The position numbers and the translations under genes were made by a program. A stretch of 43,870 nt of DNA from Escherichia phage AnnaReinhart_Bas75. Positions within the stretch are counted from its first letter, which is position 1, and every line of letters starts with the position of its first letter. Under the pieces are notes generated by a model. It saw only the letters and a program-made list of their open reading frames with translations, ran no database searches and was not told where the DNA came from. The stretch lies in sequence record PQ850596.1; one strand, written 5' to 3'. Below, one piece after another: positions 27,261 to 36,136 of this stretch.

Positions 27261-27579
27261 TTCTCAATTCCTTATATTGTTGGTGTATGTGCTTACTATA
27301 ATAGTCTGCTATTAGGGTGTCAATCTGTTTTATCGAACCAACGACAAAAACATTTGCACCACGTTTACGCATCCGCTCGTGCTCTCGTAACTGGTGCGGG
27401 TCTGGCTTCGTGTTTTCGTCTTTCTTAACCTCGACGAACCAGATGATGCCACCAGGGAGAATTACCAGCAGGTCGGGGGCGCCGGAGCGCCCCTCATAAG
27501 ACAGCTTACGAACGAGGCCACCAATGGCCTCGAATCGCTCTTTTGCGTATTTCTGCACGCGCCCCTCAGGCGTACTCAT
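27226..27579 (-). CDS. VRR-NUC domain nuclease
   Basis: 117 aa; PD-(D/E)xK-type core (GAPDLLVIL ... FVEVKK). Confidence 0.65.
   Translation of the reverse strand: MSTPEGRVQKYAKERFEAIGGLVRKLSYEGRSGAPDLLVILPGGIIWFVEVKKDENTKPDPHQLREHERMRKRGANVFVVGSIKQIDTLIADYYSKHIHQQYKELRNETRIRPQTST
27295..27323 (-). promoter_or_regulatory. sigma70 promoter TTGACA-N17-TATAGT with AATAG-N4-CTATT palindrome in spacer
   Basis: Minus strand reads TTGACA ccctaatagcagactat TATAGT; embedded in 3' coding region of VRR-NUC gene, upstream of 27069..27260. Confidence 0.55.
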
Positions 27580-27660
27580 CTATACACCCCTCACGTTTCG
27601 TATGTTCAGTACCGCAGCGCGGACAGATTCGACAGTCTTCTTCATAAAACCAGTAGATTT

Positions 27661-27791
27661 TCATTCCAGCACCCACAGATAAATTGCGATGAACATGCCC
27701 AATATGGCAACCATCATGCCGTATTGACCCTCGTGACAGTAGACACCTGCGGCAAATCCCGCCAGTACCGCGATAATCAGTTTACTTAGCA
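27661..27791 (-). CDS. small membrane protein (43 aa; unlisted)
   Basis: ATG at 27791 overlapping polymerase stop; hydrophobic sequence LIIAVLAGFAAGV...MMVAILGMFIAIYLWVL. Confidence 0.35.
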
Positions 27792-29962
27792 TAGCGTTTT
27801 AACTCCTGACCTTCCGCTACAAGAGGGAACCCCTCCGCCCATTCTGGTAATTCGCACATCAATCGCTCAAGCTCTGCGACATTGTATTCCGGCGTATCTG
27901 GAGTTTCGCAGATAATCTCATCGTGGACATGAAGTACAATTGGATAACCGTTTGCTTCTACGTTCAGCAGCGCGTTGGCCAGCAAATCACGGCACAACGC
28001 CTGAGTGCAGTTTTCCACCAGTTTACCAGAGTAGGTGTACTGGAAGCCCCACTGCCGGGTTAACTGGTTTTCGCCCTGGTACTTGATGCGCACGTTAGTA
28101 GACACCTTTCCATCTTCGTCTGTCTCTTTCGACACACTTAATCCGACGCCCGGGTATGACATAACGCGACCCGACGGCAACGTCATGCGCAACCACCAGC
28201 CCGCGACTTTGTCGCCGTTGTTGTCTGTCTCTATGTTACGCGAAAACTTAACGCCTCGCGGTCCTGCGGTGAACTCTTTACCTGGATTGCGGATAGCGGC
28301 CATAGCTGCGTCTTCAATATCTCGCCAGAAAGCTACTGTTTCAGGGTGTGACTCTCGCCACATACGCTTGATAGCGTCACAGGTACGCCACACTTTCTTA
28401 TCAAGAATATACGATGGTCGGTCATCCTTCTCCCCGGGTCGCGGCGGTCGCTTGGCTTCCTGAATACGTGCCCATTCATAGCCGCGTGCAGTAGCCGCCC
28501 AGATGTGGTCCGGGAAAGTACCGTCCATTGTTTTTGACATATCAACAAGGTCAAGTCCGAGGTTCTTAGCAAACTGAACGAAAGCGCCAACACCACCAGC
28601 GTAGCCGAGGCCAAGCTCGCAGGCTTTACCAATCTGGCGCAAGTCTTTGCGTTCCTTCTTAATGTAATCCGGCTCCATGCCGAACATCTTACCCGCGGTT
28701 ACACAGTAAATGTCCAGCCCGGCGCGGAACGTATCTAGCGCGGTTTCTTCGCCTGCCAGCCACGCAAGCCCCCGACCTTCAACGTTAGAGTAATCGGCGA
28801 CGACAAACTTTTTTCCGGCTTCCGGGATAATGCAGCTACGCACCGTCGATGCCGTTAGCTTGGCTACGTCGAAACGGCGATGCGCACGACCCTTAAGTAG
28901 CGCTGAAATGCCCTTATCCAGTTCATCATCGTGATAGTACCCGCGCGCCAGGTTCTGTGGTTGGAAGCCTTTACCTGCGAACCGTAACGTACGCTTGGCC
29001 CCACCGTACTGGATGCAACCACGGCGGCGGTCGTCCGACGAGCGACCCAACAGCAGCGGGTTATATTTCGTTGACGCAGTGGACGCGGCCCCGAGGCGCA
29101 TTTCTATAATTGTGCGGGCGTCGTCGGGTAAATCCTCATCCGCCAGCAGGTCGTTAAGCGTTGACTTCTGTGCATTGTGTATGCGGTGCGCGGGCGCAAG
29201 TTCACGCAGAATCGGCAGGAAGTCTTTACCAGTAAGCGAGCCGCCGTATTTACGTTGAGCTTCTTCCTGTAACTGTGCCTTGTGCTTCTCTACGGCTTCA
29301 ATAGCGGCTTCCGCCAGTGCGACGTCAACCTTAAATCCGCGGTCGTTGATTAACTGGTCAAGCTCCAGTACACGGTCTTCGAACTCGGAGTTACCCCAAC
29401 GCGGCAGCTTATGGAAGACTTCACGCATCGCAGTGATGTCGCTCACGGCGTACCTGATGAACATCGCCCACTCGTCAGGGTGAGTTTCTGCGGTGTAGCG
29501 GCGGATTTTGTAGTTCTTCGGCGTCGGTTTAGAGAAACGCTTAATCAGAGCCTTGCCGCGTTTATCTTTCGCGTTGTCTGCAGACACGCCCAGCACTTCG
29601 CACAGCGCATCGAGTGACCCCGGCAGCGCGTGACGAAACGCCCAAATCATCGTATCAATGGCGTTGCTTACGGGAATATCAAAGCCCCAGCAGTGTTTCA
29701 TGATGAGCCTGTCGAACATTGAGCCGTTGTGCCACACCATCTTAATACGACTGTTCGGCTTAACCAGGCGGCGCAGTGCGCGGTGCAAATCACCCGGCAT
29801 GTCGCTTCCGTCGGTGCAATCCCATACCCGCACAGGCTCGTCGTCAAAAGCATATGTGCAGATAAGCACTTCGGTAGTCGGGTGTTCGGCGTAAGCGTAG
29901 GAGCCGACTTTCTTTAAATCGGCTTCGGAGAATGTTTCAAAGTCCAGGTATAAGTAGCTCAT
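27782..29962 (-). CDS. DNA polymerase, family A, with 3'-5' exonuclease domain
   Basis: 726 aa from ATG 29962 (AAGGA RBS); Exo I motif LDFETFS, motif B-like RQIGKACELGLGYAGG, motif C VLHVHDEI. Confidence 0.85.
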   Translation of the reverse strand: MSYLYLDFETFSEADLKKVGSYAYAEHPTTEVLICTYAFDDEPVRVWDCTDGSDMPGDLHRALRRLVKPNSRIKMVWHNGSMFDRLIMKHCWGFDIPVSNAIDTMIWAFRHALPGSLDALCEVLGVSADNAKDKRGKALIKRFSKPTPKNYKIRRYTAETHPDEWAMFIRYAVSDITAMREVFHKLPRWGNSEFEDRVLELDQLINDRGFKVDVALAEAAIEAVEKHKAQLQEEAQRKYGGSLTGKDFLPILRELAPAHRIHNAQKSTLNDLLADEDLPDDARTIIEMRLGAASTASTKYNPLLLGRSSDDRRRGCIQYGGAKRTLRFAGKGFQPQNLARGYYHDDELDKGISALLKGRAHRRFDVAKLTASTVRSCIIPEAGKKFVVADYSNVEGRGLAWLAGEETALDTFRAGLDIYCVTAGKMFGMEPDYIKKERKDLRQIGKACELGLGYAGGVGAFVQFAKNLGLDLVDMSKTMDGTFPDHIWAATARGYEWARIQEAKRPPRPGEKDDRPSYILDKKVWRTCDAIKRMWRESHPETVAFWRDIEDAAMAAIRNPGKEFTAGPRGVKFSRNIETDNNGDKVAGWWLRMTLPSGRVMSYPGVGLSVSKETDEDGKVSTNVRIKYQGENQLTRQWGFQYTYSGKLVENCTQALCRDLLANALLNVEANGYPIVLHVHDEIICETPDTPEYNVAELERLMCELPEWAEGFPLVAEGQELKRYAK

Positions 29963-30114
29963 TTCTTTTTCCTTAAATCCAGTGCCTTCGTTTCGCTGAG
30001 TCTTATTTTCATACAATCACGGCAAATCCACACATGCCTGTACCCGGCGCGGTACTCATCCGCGTACCACGGAAGCGGTTTCATATATCGGTATACGTGC
30101 TTACAGAAAAACAT
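29959..30114 (-). CDS. hypothetical small Cys-containing protein (51 aa; unlisted), possible zinc ribbon
   Basis: AAGGA RBS; stop overlaps polymerase ATG (ATGA); paired Cys (FFCKH ... WICRDCM). Confidence 0.35.
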   Translation of the reverse strand: MFFCKHVYRYMKPLPWYADEYRAGYRHVWICRDCMKIRLSETKALDLRKKK

Positions 30115-30134
30115 GATTTTTGACCCCTAGTAAA

Positions 30135-30154
30135 AAGGCCCAATGAAGGGCCTT
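30135..30154 (-). terminator. rho-independent terminator AAGGCCC-N-GGGCCTT with T-run on minus strand
   Basis: Directly downstream of stop of 30174..30800. Confidence 0.6.
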
Positions 30155-30173
30155 AGTTAAATTGATTCAGATA

Positions 30174-30800
30174 TTAGCGGCGGCGACGTTCGCGGCGCGG
30201 TGCTTCATCTTCTTCGTCGTCTTCCAGGTCATTGACGCTCGCAGCGACTTTAGAACCGCCGAACGCTTTGCCTTCGCCAACGTATTTAATCGCCAGCAGG
30301 TTAACGCCGAGGACTTTGTATTTCTGGCTGAACCAGATTTCAACGCTTACGTTAGCTAAGCATCCGCTGTAAACCTGTTCACCTTCAATCTGTTCGCCGT
30401 CTACGTTGAAGTCCTGCTCTACCTGAGTCTCACCTTTTTTAGAGGTTACAATCAGCGGCTGTTTCTGTGCCTTCGCTTTGAAGTAGAAGCCTTCCGGGAA
30501 GTCTTCAAACGGATTGTCGCGCTCGGCAATGTCTTTAATCGCGCATTTATCCATGTGCTTACCTTCACCGTAGTTGGACTTCATCCATTTCTCGGCAGCG
30601 GCTGCGCCTAACGCTTCTTCAACTACAGCGTAAACGGTGTCGTAGAGTGCATCGATTTGAGCATGGTCAGACGGCAGGATGATAGTCGCGCTGTACTGGC
30701 CTTTAGTGATTGAGCCATCATCGTTTTCACGGTCTTTTTCACGTTCAAATACGTTAACCCAAGCAGTGTTTACTTTACGCAGATTCAGTTTAATACCCAT
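30174..30800 (-). CDS. putative ssDNA-binding protein (function tentative)
   Basis: 208 aa; C-terminal acidic stretch DLEDDEEDEA then Arg-rich tail; own strong promoter and terminator suggest high expression. Confidence 0.4.
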   Translation of the reverse strand: MGIKLNLRKVNTAWVNVFEREKDRENDDGSITKGQYSATIILPSDHAQIDALYDTVYAVVEEALGAAAAEKWMKSNYGEGKHMDKCAIKDIAERDNPFEDFPEGFYFKAKAQKQPLIVTSKKGETQVEQDFNVDGEQIEGEQVYSGCLANVSVEIWFSQKYKVLGVNLLAIKYVGEGKAFGGSKVAASVNDLEDDEEDEAPRRERRRR

Positions 30801-30859
30801 CTTAATTTCTCGCTTTTAAGTTTCGTTTACTCCGGGAAGCTGCCCGGTCAGTGATTAGA

Positions 30860-30888
30860 ACTATAATAGCTAACTATTCAGGTGTCAA
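30860..30888 (-). promoter_or_regulatory. sigma70 promoter TTGACA-N17-TATAGT with AATAG-N4-CTATT palindrome
   Basis: Minus strand reads TTGACA cctgaatagttagctat TATAGT; upstream of 30174..30800. Confidence 0.6.
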
Positions 30889-31107
30889 ATAAAATTTCGC
30901 AATACGGACTATGTTCTCGAAATCATTCATATCAACGGGTTCGAATTCATCCTCCACATGGTTGTATCGCACCATCGTGCCGTTCAGGAACGTAAACGAT
31001 TCCGAATGGATATAACCGCCCCAGCGCCATATCATCACAAAATCTTTATCTGTGGGCATTTCATTTACTTGAATCATTCCAAATCCCCCTCTGTTACCTG
31101 ATTCCAC
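30874..31107 (-). CDS. hypothetical protein (77 aa)
   Basis: Start overlaps 3' end of nuclease gene. Confidence 0.45.
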   Translation of the reverse strand: MESGNRGGFGMIQVNEMPTDKDFVMIWRWGGYIHSESFTFLNGTMVRYNHVEDEFEPVDMNDFENIVRIAKFYLTPE

Positions 31108-32330
31108 TCAGGACGTTTGTCGTCTGCCGTTGCGACACATGGTGCGCCTGGCTTACGGGTAATGAAGTCTTTCAGTTCTTCTTCCGGTACAATTTTAACC
31201 GCTTCGGTCGGTGTCATAAGAACTACCTTTTGCAGCATAGTACCGTACTTCTCGAATACTGCGTCGGTATCTTTCCACGCACGATTACCGTGGCGACCTT
31301 CAACCAGTTTGTATCCTGGCACTTTCTTACCTGAATGCAAAGCAGCAGCCATCGCTTTCTCAACCTTGTCGATGTGCTGGCGCAACAACGGCAGCTTCTC
31401 ATACTCAGCGACGAGTTGCTCTGGCGTAAGTTCCAGCGCACAGTCGTCCTCAAGTTCTTCCGCCAGTACCGCGTTAACGGTTTTTGTACGAGCTGCGCAC
31501 TGTTCCGAGAAACGACACCACTGACAACCATCTACCGACGGCTTGAAGTCCGACGCTTTAAGGTTCTTCTTGCCACGGGAATAAGCATCAAGGGCTAACA
31601 GCGCTCGTTTCCGCGCGAACTTAGCGAACAGCTCCAGACCTTCAACCGAGATGTCCCATTCCGACGCGCCTCCAGCATACGGCTGGAAGATGACCAGACG
31701 AACCACGGTGATGTTATAGCGTCTCTTGAGTCGGCGATAAACACCGAGAGCGTAAAGCATAAGCTGCTTGTTTTCTTTCGCTTCGACACGATGTCGCCCG
31801 GTTTTCAGGTCACCGATAATGAGCATGTGCCCGTCGGTGTTAGCCAGTTCCTGCACGGCTACAAGGTCGGCGGTTCCGAACGTCTCAACGCCTTCGTAAC
31901 CCGGATGCAGCACCTCAGTAAGATTTACGCGCATCTCCAGCTTAGCGTAAGTCGCCACGTCAATAATCGCTTTGCAGTAGTCGGTGTACTTGCGTACCTG
32001 CTCAATCATGTCAGCCGTAATAAGTACCGCACCTTTCATCGGACTGATTAGCGCCTTAATCTGACCTTTACCCTCATCCAGCACGTAAGCGCCGACTTCT
32101 CGTTCTAACGGCAAAGCAGTTCCTTTGATGTACTGATTCAGGTGAATCTCAGATATCGTGTGCATAGCCGTGCCTGATATGGCGGCTTTACCTGACGTGT
32201 TAGGAATGTCTTTTTCACATGCCAGCGATGCACTGCACGCCAACCATTTCTTAGCACCAGACGGCGACAGTAAGGCGTGTACATCGTTATTTCCGCCGCG
32301 TTCCTTTAAAACCATGCTCTGCTCTCCCAC
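31074..32330 (-). CDS. PD-(D/E)XK exonuclease with C-terminal Cys cluster (Cas4-like)
   Basis: 418 aa; N-terminal LSPSGAKKWLAC motif; C-terminal Cys cluster DGCQWCRFSEQC. Confidence 0.55.
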   Translation of the reverse strand: MGEQSMVLKERGGNNDVHALLSPSGAKKWLACSASLACEKDIPNTSGKAAISGTAMHTISEIHLNQYIKGTALPLEREVGAYVLDEGKGQIKALISPMKGAVLITADMIEQVRKYTDYCKAIIDVATYAKLEMRVNLTEVLHPGYEGVETFGTADLVAVQELANTDGHMLIIGDLKTGRHRVEAKENKQLMLYALGVYRRLKRRYNITVVRLVIFQPYAGGASEWDISVEGLELFAKFARKRALLALDAYSRGKKNLKASDFKPSVDGCQWCRFSEQCAARTKTVNAVLAEELEDDCALELTPEQLVAEYEKLPLLRQHIDKVEKAMAAALHSGKKVPGYKLVEGRHGNRAWKDTDAVFEKYGTMLQKVVLMTPTEAVKIVPEEELKDFITRKPGAPCVATADDKRPEWNQVTEGDLE

Positions 32331-32584
32331 TGGTCAATTAAATGCCGTGTCTTGTGGTCGCAATGTAAGGCCCATCCATACATCGACTCGAAGACATAAA
32401 AGTCGGGCTTGGCGAATGTCGTGCGTTTAATCCGCGACACGTGACGACCTATATCTTTAGGACGCGGTACTTTGCCTAAGTACGCCATCTCTTCCATCTG
32501 GTGTGCACCGGACGGCGCACGCAACAGCCACAACGCCTCTGTGTTATCCCGCCTGTCTACGGCGCGGTAGAGTTGGTAAATCAT
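32306..32584 (-). CDS. hypothetical protein (92 aa)
   Basis: Coupled to downstream nuclease gene; His/Cys-containing C-terminus. Confidence 0.4.
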   Translation of the reverse strand: MIYQLYRAVDRRDNTEALWLLRAPSGAHQMEEMAYLGKVPRPKDIGRHVSRIKRTTFAKPDFYVFESMYGWALHCDHKTRHLIDQWESRAWF

Positions 32585-32627
32585 ATTTCCGCCCCTCCGT
32601 TAAAGCGACCCGAAGGCCGCCTGATAG

Positions 32628-33128
32628 TTATTCTTCTTCGAAATACTTGTTCTTGATTGCTGTCAAGCGTTCCAGGTATTCAGCCAGGTCTTCGTCTTTA
32701 ATCGCTGCAATCTTCATTTTCTTACCTGTGAACTCTTCCAGCAGTTCATCAGAATCATCGCACGCGGCATCGCTCGGACCTTCGTTAATTGCATCGTCGA
32801 TAGCCTGAATCTGGTCGCGCAGAGACTTATAGTCTACTTCTTCTTTCTCTTCTTCCGGCTCTGGCGTCGTTTCCTCTACTTTAGCTTTACGCGGCTTGCG
32901 TTTTGGCTTCTCTTCTTCTGCCGGTTTAGTGTCAACGATGTCTTCACCTTCTACCGGGATTTCTTTTGTTGCTTCTTCAGCGCACTCAGCTACCGCTTCT
33001 TTGGTGTACGATACCGTCTCTACTTCCAGCGGCGTGGCAACCTGAACAACTTGTTTCGCACTGTTCGCGGCAATCAGTTCGTGCGCAACTACGAAACGTT
33101 CCAGTAATACTAAGAATTTCTCTAACAT
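32628..33128 (-). CDS. hypothetical highly acidic protein (166 aa)
   Basis: Glu/Asp-rich with a central Lys/Arg patch; good RBS GGAGAATAAATAATG. Confidence 0.5.
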   Translation of the reverse strand: MLEKFLVLLERFVVAHELIAANSAKQVVQVATPLEVETVSYTKEAVAECAEEATKEIPVEGEDIVDTKPAEEEKPKRKPRKAKVEETTPEPEEEKEEVDYKSLRDQIQAIDDAINEGPSDAACDDSDELLEEFTGKKMKIAAIKDEDLAEYLERLTAIKNKYFEEE

Positions 33129-33152
33129 TATTTATTCTCCTGTTTATTTGGG

Positions 33153-33317
33153 CTACTCGCCGTCGCCTTCTGTAAGGCTATCGTCTATTAATTCAAATTT
33201 ACCGTTTGGGTGTTGAATAGCTTCTTGCCCGCAATGGTCGCAGACAACAAGTTTATCGAACCCATCAAACTCATCCCCTACTACGCAAGAAAGTACAAAT
33301 TTATGTTTTGTGCACAC
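33153..33317 (-). CDS. hypothetical small Cys-rich protein (start uncertain)
   Basis: Protein-like frame with paired Cys (SCVVG ... VCDHCG) downstream of promoter 33409..33437; only GTG at 33317 found as start and the frame stays open upstream. Confidence 0.3.
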   Translation of the reverse strand: MCTKHKFVLSCVVGDEFDGFDKLVVCDHCGQEAIQHPNGKFELIDDSLTEGDGE

Positions 33318-33408
33318 TTCTTGCGGAGCGCCGAAAATTGCTCGAAAACCTTTAGCTATGGCCCCAGTGATTGTGTTCTTATCTGCCCCTCTCGTTTGGT
33401 ATGGGCTA

Positions 33409-33437
33409 ACTATAATAGCGAACTATTCACATGTCAA
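33409..33437 (-). promoter_or_regulatory. sigma70 promoter TTGACA-N17-TATAGT with AATAG-N4-CTATT palindrome
   Basis: Minus strand reads TTGACA tgtgaatagttcgctat TATAGT; followed by conserved AAACGAGAGG leader. Confidence 0.6.
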
Positions 33438-33457
33438 TGGGCTTTTCTAAAATAATT

Positions 33458-33471
33458 AATATGGTACTATT
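33458..33471 (+). promoter_or_regulatory. second palindromic box (AATAT-ggta-CTATT) in divergent control region before the XRE gene
   Basis: Imperfect copy of the AATAG-N4-CTATT box 44 bp from the first; overlaps TACTAT that may be the -10 of the plus-strand promoter. Confidence 0.4.
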
Positions 33472-33501
33472 CACATATCAACTGACTAAGGAGTAATTGA
33501 C

Positions 33502-33717
33502 ATGCAACCATCTGAACTAGGCATCCGTGTAGAACAACGCCGCAAAGAACTCGGCATCTCCCAGCGCCGTCTGGCGGTCCTGGCTGGCGTTTCCCAGGGC
33601 GCGATTAACCAGCTTGCGCTCGGGGTAACTCAGGACGTCCGGCCGGCGACGCTGTTCAAGCTGGCGGAAGTGCTACAAGTAGACGCCAAGTGGCTGGCGT
33701 TAGGTGAAGGGGCTTAA
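33502..33717 (+). CDS. XRE-family (Cro/CI-type) HTH transcriptional regulator
   Basis: 71 aa; classic HTH_3 signature LGISQRRLAVLAGVSQGAINQLALG; AAGGAG RBS; only plus-strand gene inside the minus-strand replication module. Confidence 0.8.
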   Translation: MQPSELGIRVEQRRKELGISQRRLAVLAGVSQGAINQLALGVTQDVRPATLFKLAEVLQVDAKWLALGEGA

Positions 33718-33732
33718 AGCCCCTTTCTTTTT
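33707..33732 (+). terminator. rho-independent terminator AAGGGGC-ttaaa-GCCCCTT followed by TCTTTTT
   Basis: Hairpin overlaps the stop codon of the XRE gene; strong T-tract. Confidence 0.65.
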
Positions 33733-33734
33733 AC

Positions 33735-35942
33735 CTATTCCAAATCCTCCTCTGTCACCACCAGCATCTCATTTGGTTCGTATAGTGTCTTCGGCCTTAA
33801 TCTATCCCCTATTCTTTCGGGTATACGATATGTTCTCGGTACTACTTCGCCGTTAGCATCGCAACCAAGCATTAGTTCTCCATCTTTCAACATTTTATCA
33901 AGATGGGTGTTAGTCACAGAGAAGTCACCGGAACGAGCCACTATCTGCTGCTGAGTAAAACCGCGACCTGTGTCATCTGACTGTTGCAGGTCTTCCAGTG
34001 CCGAAAGTATTGACTCCTTCCTTACTTCATCCCTGCCGCGTTTAACTTCTTCCTTTACTTTTTGCTTACCTTCTTTCGTCAACCCTTCTTCCCGCTCTTT
34101 CTCCTCGTCAGTTTTGAACGGCTCGAAACCCCACGGCATCAACACAAGCGCCTTGTGTGGTTCAGGAAGGTCCAGGTTTACGATTGTGCCGTATTCTTCT
34201 GTGCCCCCCAGGAACTCAACCGCACGGTACTCTTTCGGCGGCGGAGCTTCGCGGAACTGCACAGACTCCAGCACCATGCCAACCGTTTTCTGTTGAGGAC
34301 CGTGCTTAAATTTCGAGTGGTATACGTTTATTTGACGGTCGGTTGCACGTTCGATTGTCAGTTCCACGTCAACACCCGCATACAGCGCCCCACTGCCGCG
34401 TGCTTTCTTTCCACCCTTCGGCGTATGGTGGACAACGCCTACTGCGGCTTTAGTTGCATCGCGTACTTCTTTCAGAATGGCGATAACTTTACCCATGCCG
34501 ATTGCTGTTGATGAACTGTTCTCGTCGAACTTATCAATCGTCAGTGCCAGGGTCTGGTTAAGGGTGTCGAACGCAACCATGCCAATTGGCTCGTCGCCAG
34601 CAGTTTCGCGCATTAACTTAATCAGGCTTTTAAGTTTGCCGACTTCGCCCATATCGATGACGTGTACATAATCTTTACCTTCCCCGCCATATTTAGCCGC
34701 TAGTGCATCAATACGGGTGCGTGTAGCTGCGCCACCCTCACCATCAATATAGAAATGGTGGCAACGTTGGGTGTCAGCCCCCGCAAACCGGTACCCGGCG
34801 GCGCTCAGGTACATCATCCCCAGCGTATAGAATGATTTGTACGTGCCGGATTCCCCGACAATATCCCAGATACAATCCGACGGCATGTACCCCTCAACGA
34901 CGAAATCAGCCTTTACCGGTTCTGGTAACTCGTCCTCTTCTTCAAGGTCTTCCAGCGTGCAAGTTACAGGCTCCTCGTTCTCTGTGCGGTGCAGTTCTTC
35001 AATCTCTTCTTCCGGTAAATCAGGCAGAGCCGCACGAATGCTGTTAATACTGATAGGTTGCTTGTCTACGTTAAGCTCGTCTGGCAGGCCGCACATACGC
35101 AGGGCCAAATGCTGTCGGCGGTTAAGCTCGGTGCAAGCGCCGTTGTTTGTATGCTGGCAGACAAAGCGCACTTCTTTACCGTCGAGCATTATGCTGGTGG
35201 AGCCCTTGCCTGTATGCAGATGTTCGTTAGGGCATGGCACTTCGTACCCGCGCCCGGAAGATAAAGCGTCAAGGCCAAGCTCGGCTTCGCAGAAGTGTGC
35301 TATATCCGCGTTAAGCCCATGCTCATCAGCGGCAAGTGTTTTAGCCTCACGCTTACGCAACCCCATCTCTTCGGCTTTCTTGATGTACCGCTCGGCACGG
35401 ATAACACGCCCTTCTGTAACCGTTATCTTCGACTCTTTGTGCGGCAGGTAGATAAGGCGGTTGCCATCTTCCGTGCAGTGGTCGCGCAACGCTTCGTCTA
35501 TTTCTAACTCTGCACAAATAGCACGTTGCACCATCCACGCGTCGTTAGAGTTAAACGGCGTGCGAGCTGGAACCAGAACGCGGAAAGCGTAATCTCCGTT
35601 TTTACACACATGCTGATGCGATGCCGTTGTATGCAGAATATTGAAGAACGGTGCGTTCTTGAATTTGCGGGTAAGGTCGCGGTACTGAGTACGGTTGAGA
35701 TGGTCAAAATCGAACTTAACCACACTGTCTTCCAGAATAGCGTTCTTACGGCGACCGCCAACAGGCGCAATAGCTTTCTGTTTAATCTTGGCCGCGTCGT
35801 ACTCTTCCTTAGTCCATGACGGGTCCACGGATAAACGCTTCGATGTATCGCAGACATACTCCACAAACTGCTCGAGCGGCATCTCACGCGCTACAGGGTT
35901 TTTATCGAATGTGTTACGCAGCGTTGCAAAAACAATATTCAT
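33735..35942 (-). CDS. DNA primase/helicase (P-loop NTPase)
   Basis: 735 aa; Walker A GESGTYKS; RecA-like region with VVHHTPKGG; size and position typical of phage primase-helicase. Confidence 0.6.
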   Translation of the reverse strand: MNIVFATLRNTFDKNPVAREMPLEQFVEYVCDTSKRLSVDPSWTKEEYDAAKIKQKAIAPVGGRRKNAILEDSVVKFDFDHLNRTQYRDLTRKFKNAPFFNILHTTASHQHVCKNGDYAFRVLVPARTPFNSNDAWMVQRAICAELEIDEALRDHCTEDGNRLIYLPHKESKITVTEGRVIRAERYIKKAEEMGLRKREAKTLAADEHGLNADIAHFCEAELGLDALSSGRGYEVPCPNEHLHTGKGSTSIMLDGKEVRFVCQHTNNGACTELNRRQHLALRMCGLPDELNVDKQPISINSIRAALPDLPEEEIEELHRTENEEPVTCTLEDLEEEDELPEPVKADFVVEGYMPSDCIWDIVGESGTYKSFYTLGMMYLSAAGYRFAGADTQRCHHFYIDGEGGAATRTRIDALAAKYGGEGKDYVHVIDMGEVGKLKSLIKLMRETAGDEPIGMVAFDTLNQTLALTIDKFDENSSSTAIGMGKVIAILKEVRDATKAAVGVVHHTPKGGKKARGSGALYAGVDVELTIERATDRQINVYHSKFKHGPQQKTVGMVLESVQFREAPPPKEYRAVEFLGGTEEYGTIVNLDLPEPHKALVLMPWGFEPFKTDEEKEREEGLTKEGKQKVKEEVKRGRDEVRKESILSALEDLQQSDDTGRGFTQQQIVARSGDFSVTNTHLDKMLKDGELMLGCDANGEVVPRTYRIPERIGDRLRPKTLYEPNEMLVVTEEDLE

Positions 35943-36067
35943 TTCTTTTTCTCCGCACGTTCTAAGGCTTCCTGCATACGGCGCATTGCGCGGTTCATCT
36001 TTACCGGTGCGAAGAAGTCAGCGCCGTGTTTCTGGCGGCGTAGCTGTGGAACTATTAACTTTGTCAT
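35939..36067 (-). CDS. hypothetical small basic protein (42 aa; unlisted)
   Basis: AAGGA RBS; stop overlaps primase ATG (ATGA). Confidence 0.35.
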   Translation of the reverse strand: MTKLIVPQLRRQKHGADFFAPVKMNRAMRRMQEALERAEKKK

Positions 36068-36136
36068 TGTATAATCCTTATGCTTACTTTGATGATTTGT
36101 ACTTTAGCCCCGACGTTCTGGCGTTGGGGTTTCTTT

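Noticed and set aside
27394-27789. 131-aa plus-strand ORF between the VRR-NUC and polymerase genes
   Set aside because: Antisense to the VRR-NUC gene and to a small minus-strand membrane ORF; no RBS, and it breaks the uniform minus-strand orientation of the replication module.
33210-33455. 81-aa plus-strand ORF in the divergent control region
   Set aside because: Runs through the minus-strand promoter and both palindromic boxes and has no RBS; the minus-strand frame here gives a more protein-like Cys-containing product.
34062-35451. Plus-strand ORFs of 149 and 204 aa (34062..34511, 34837..35451) inside the primase-helicase gene
   Set aside because: Antisense to a 735-aa gene with clear Walker A motif; Ser/Cys/Arg-rich translations typical of antisense frames.
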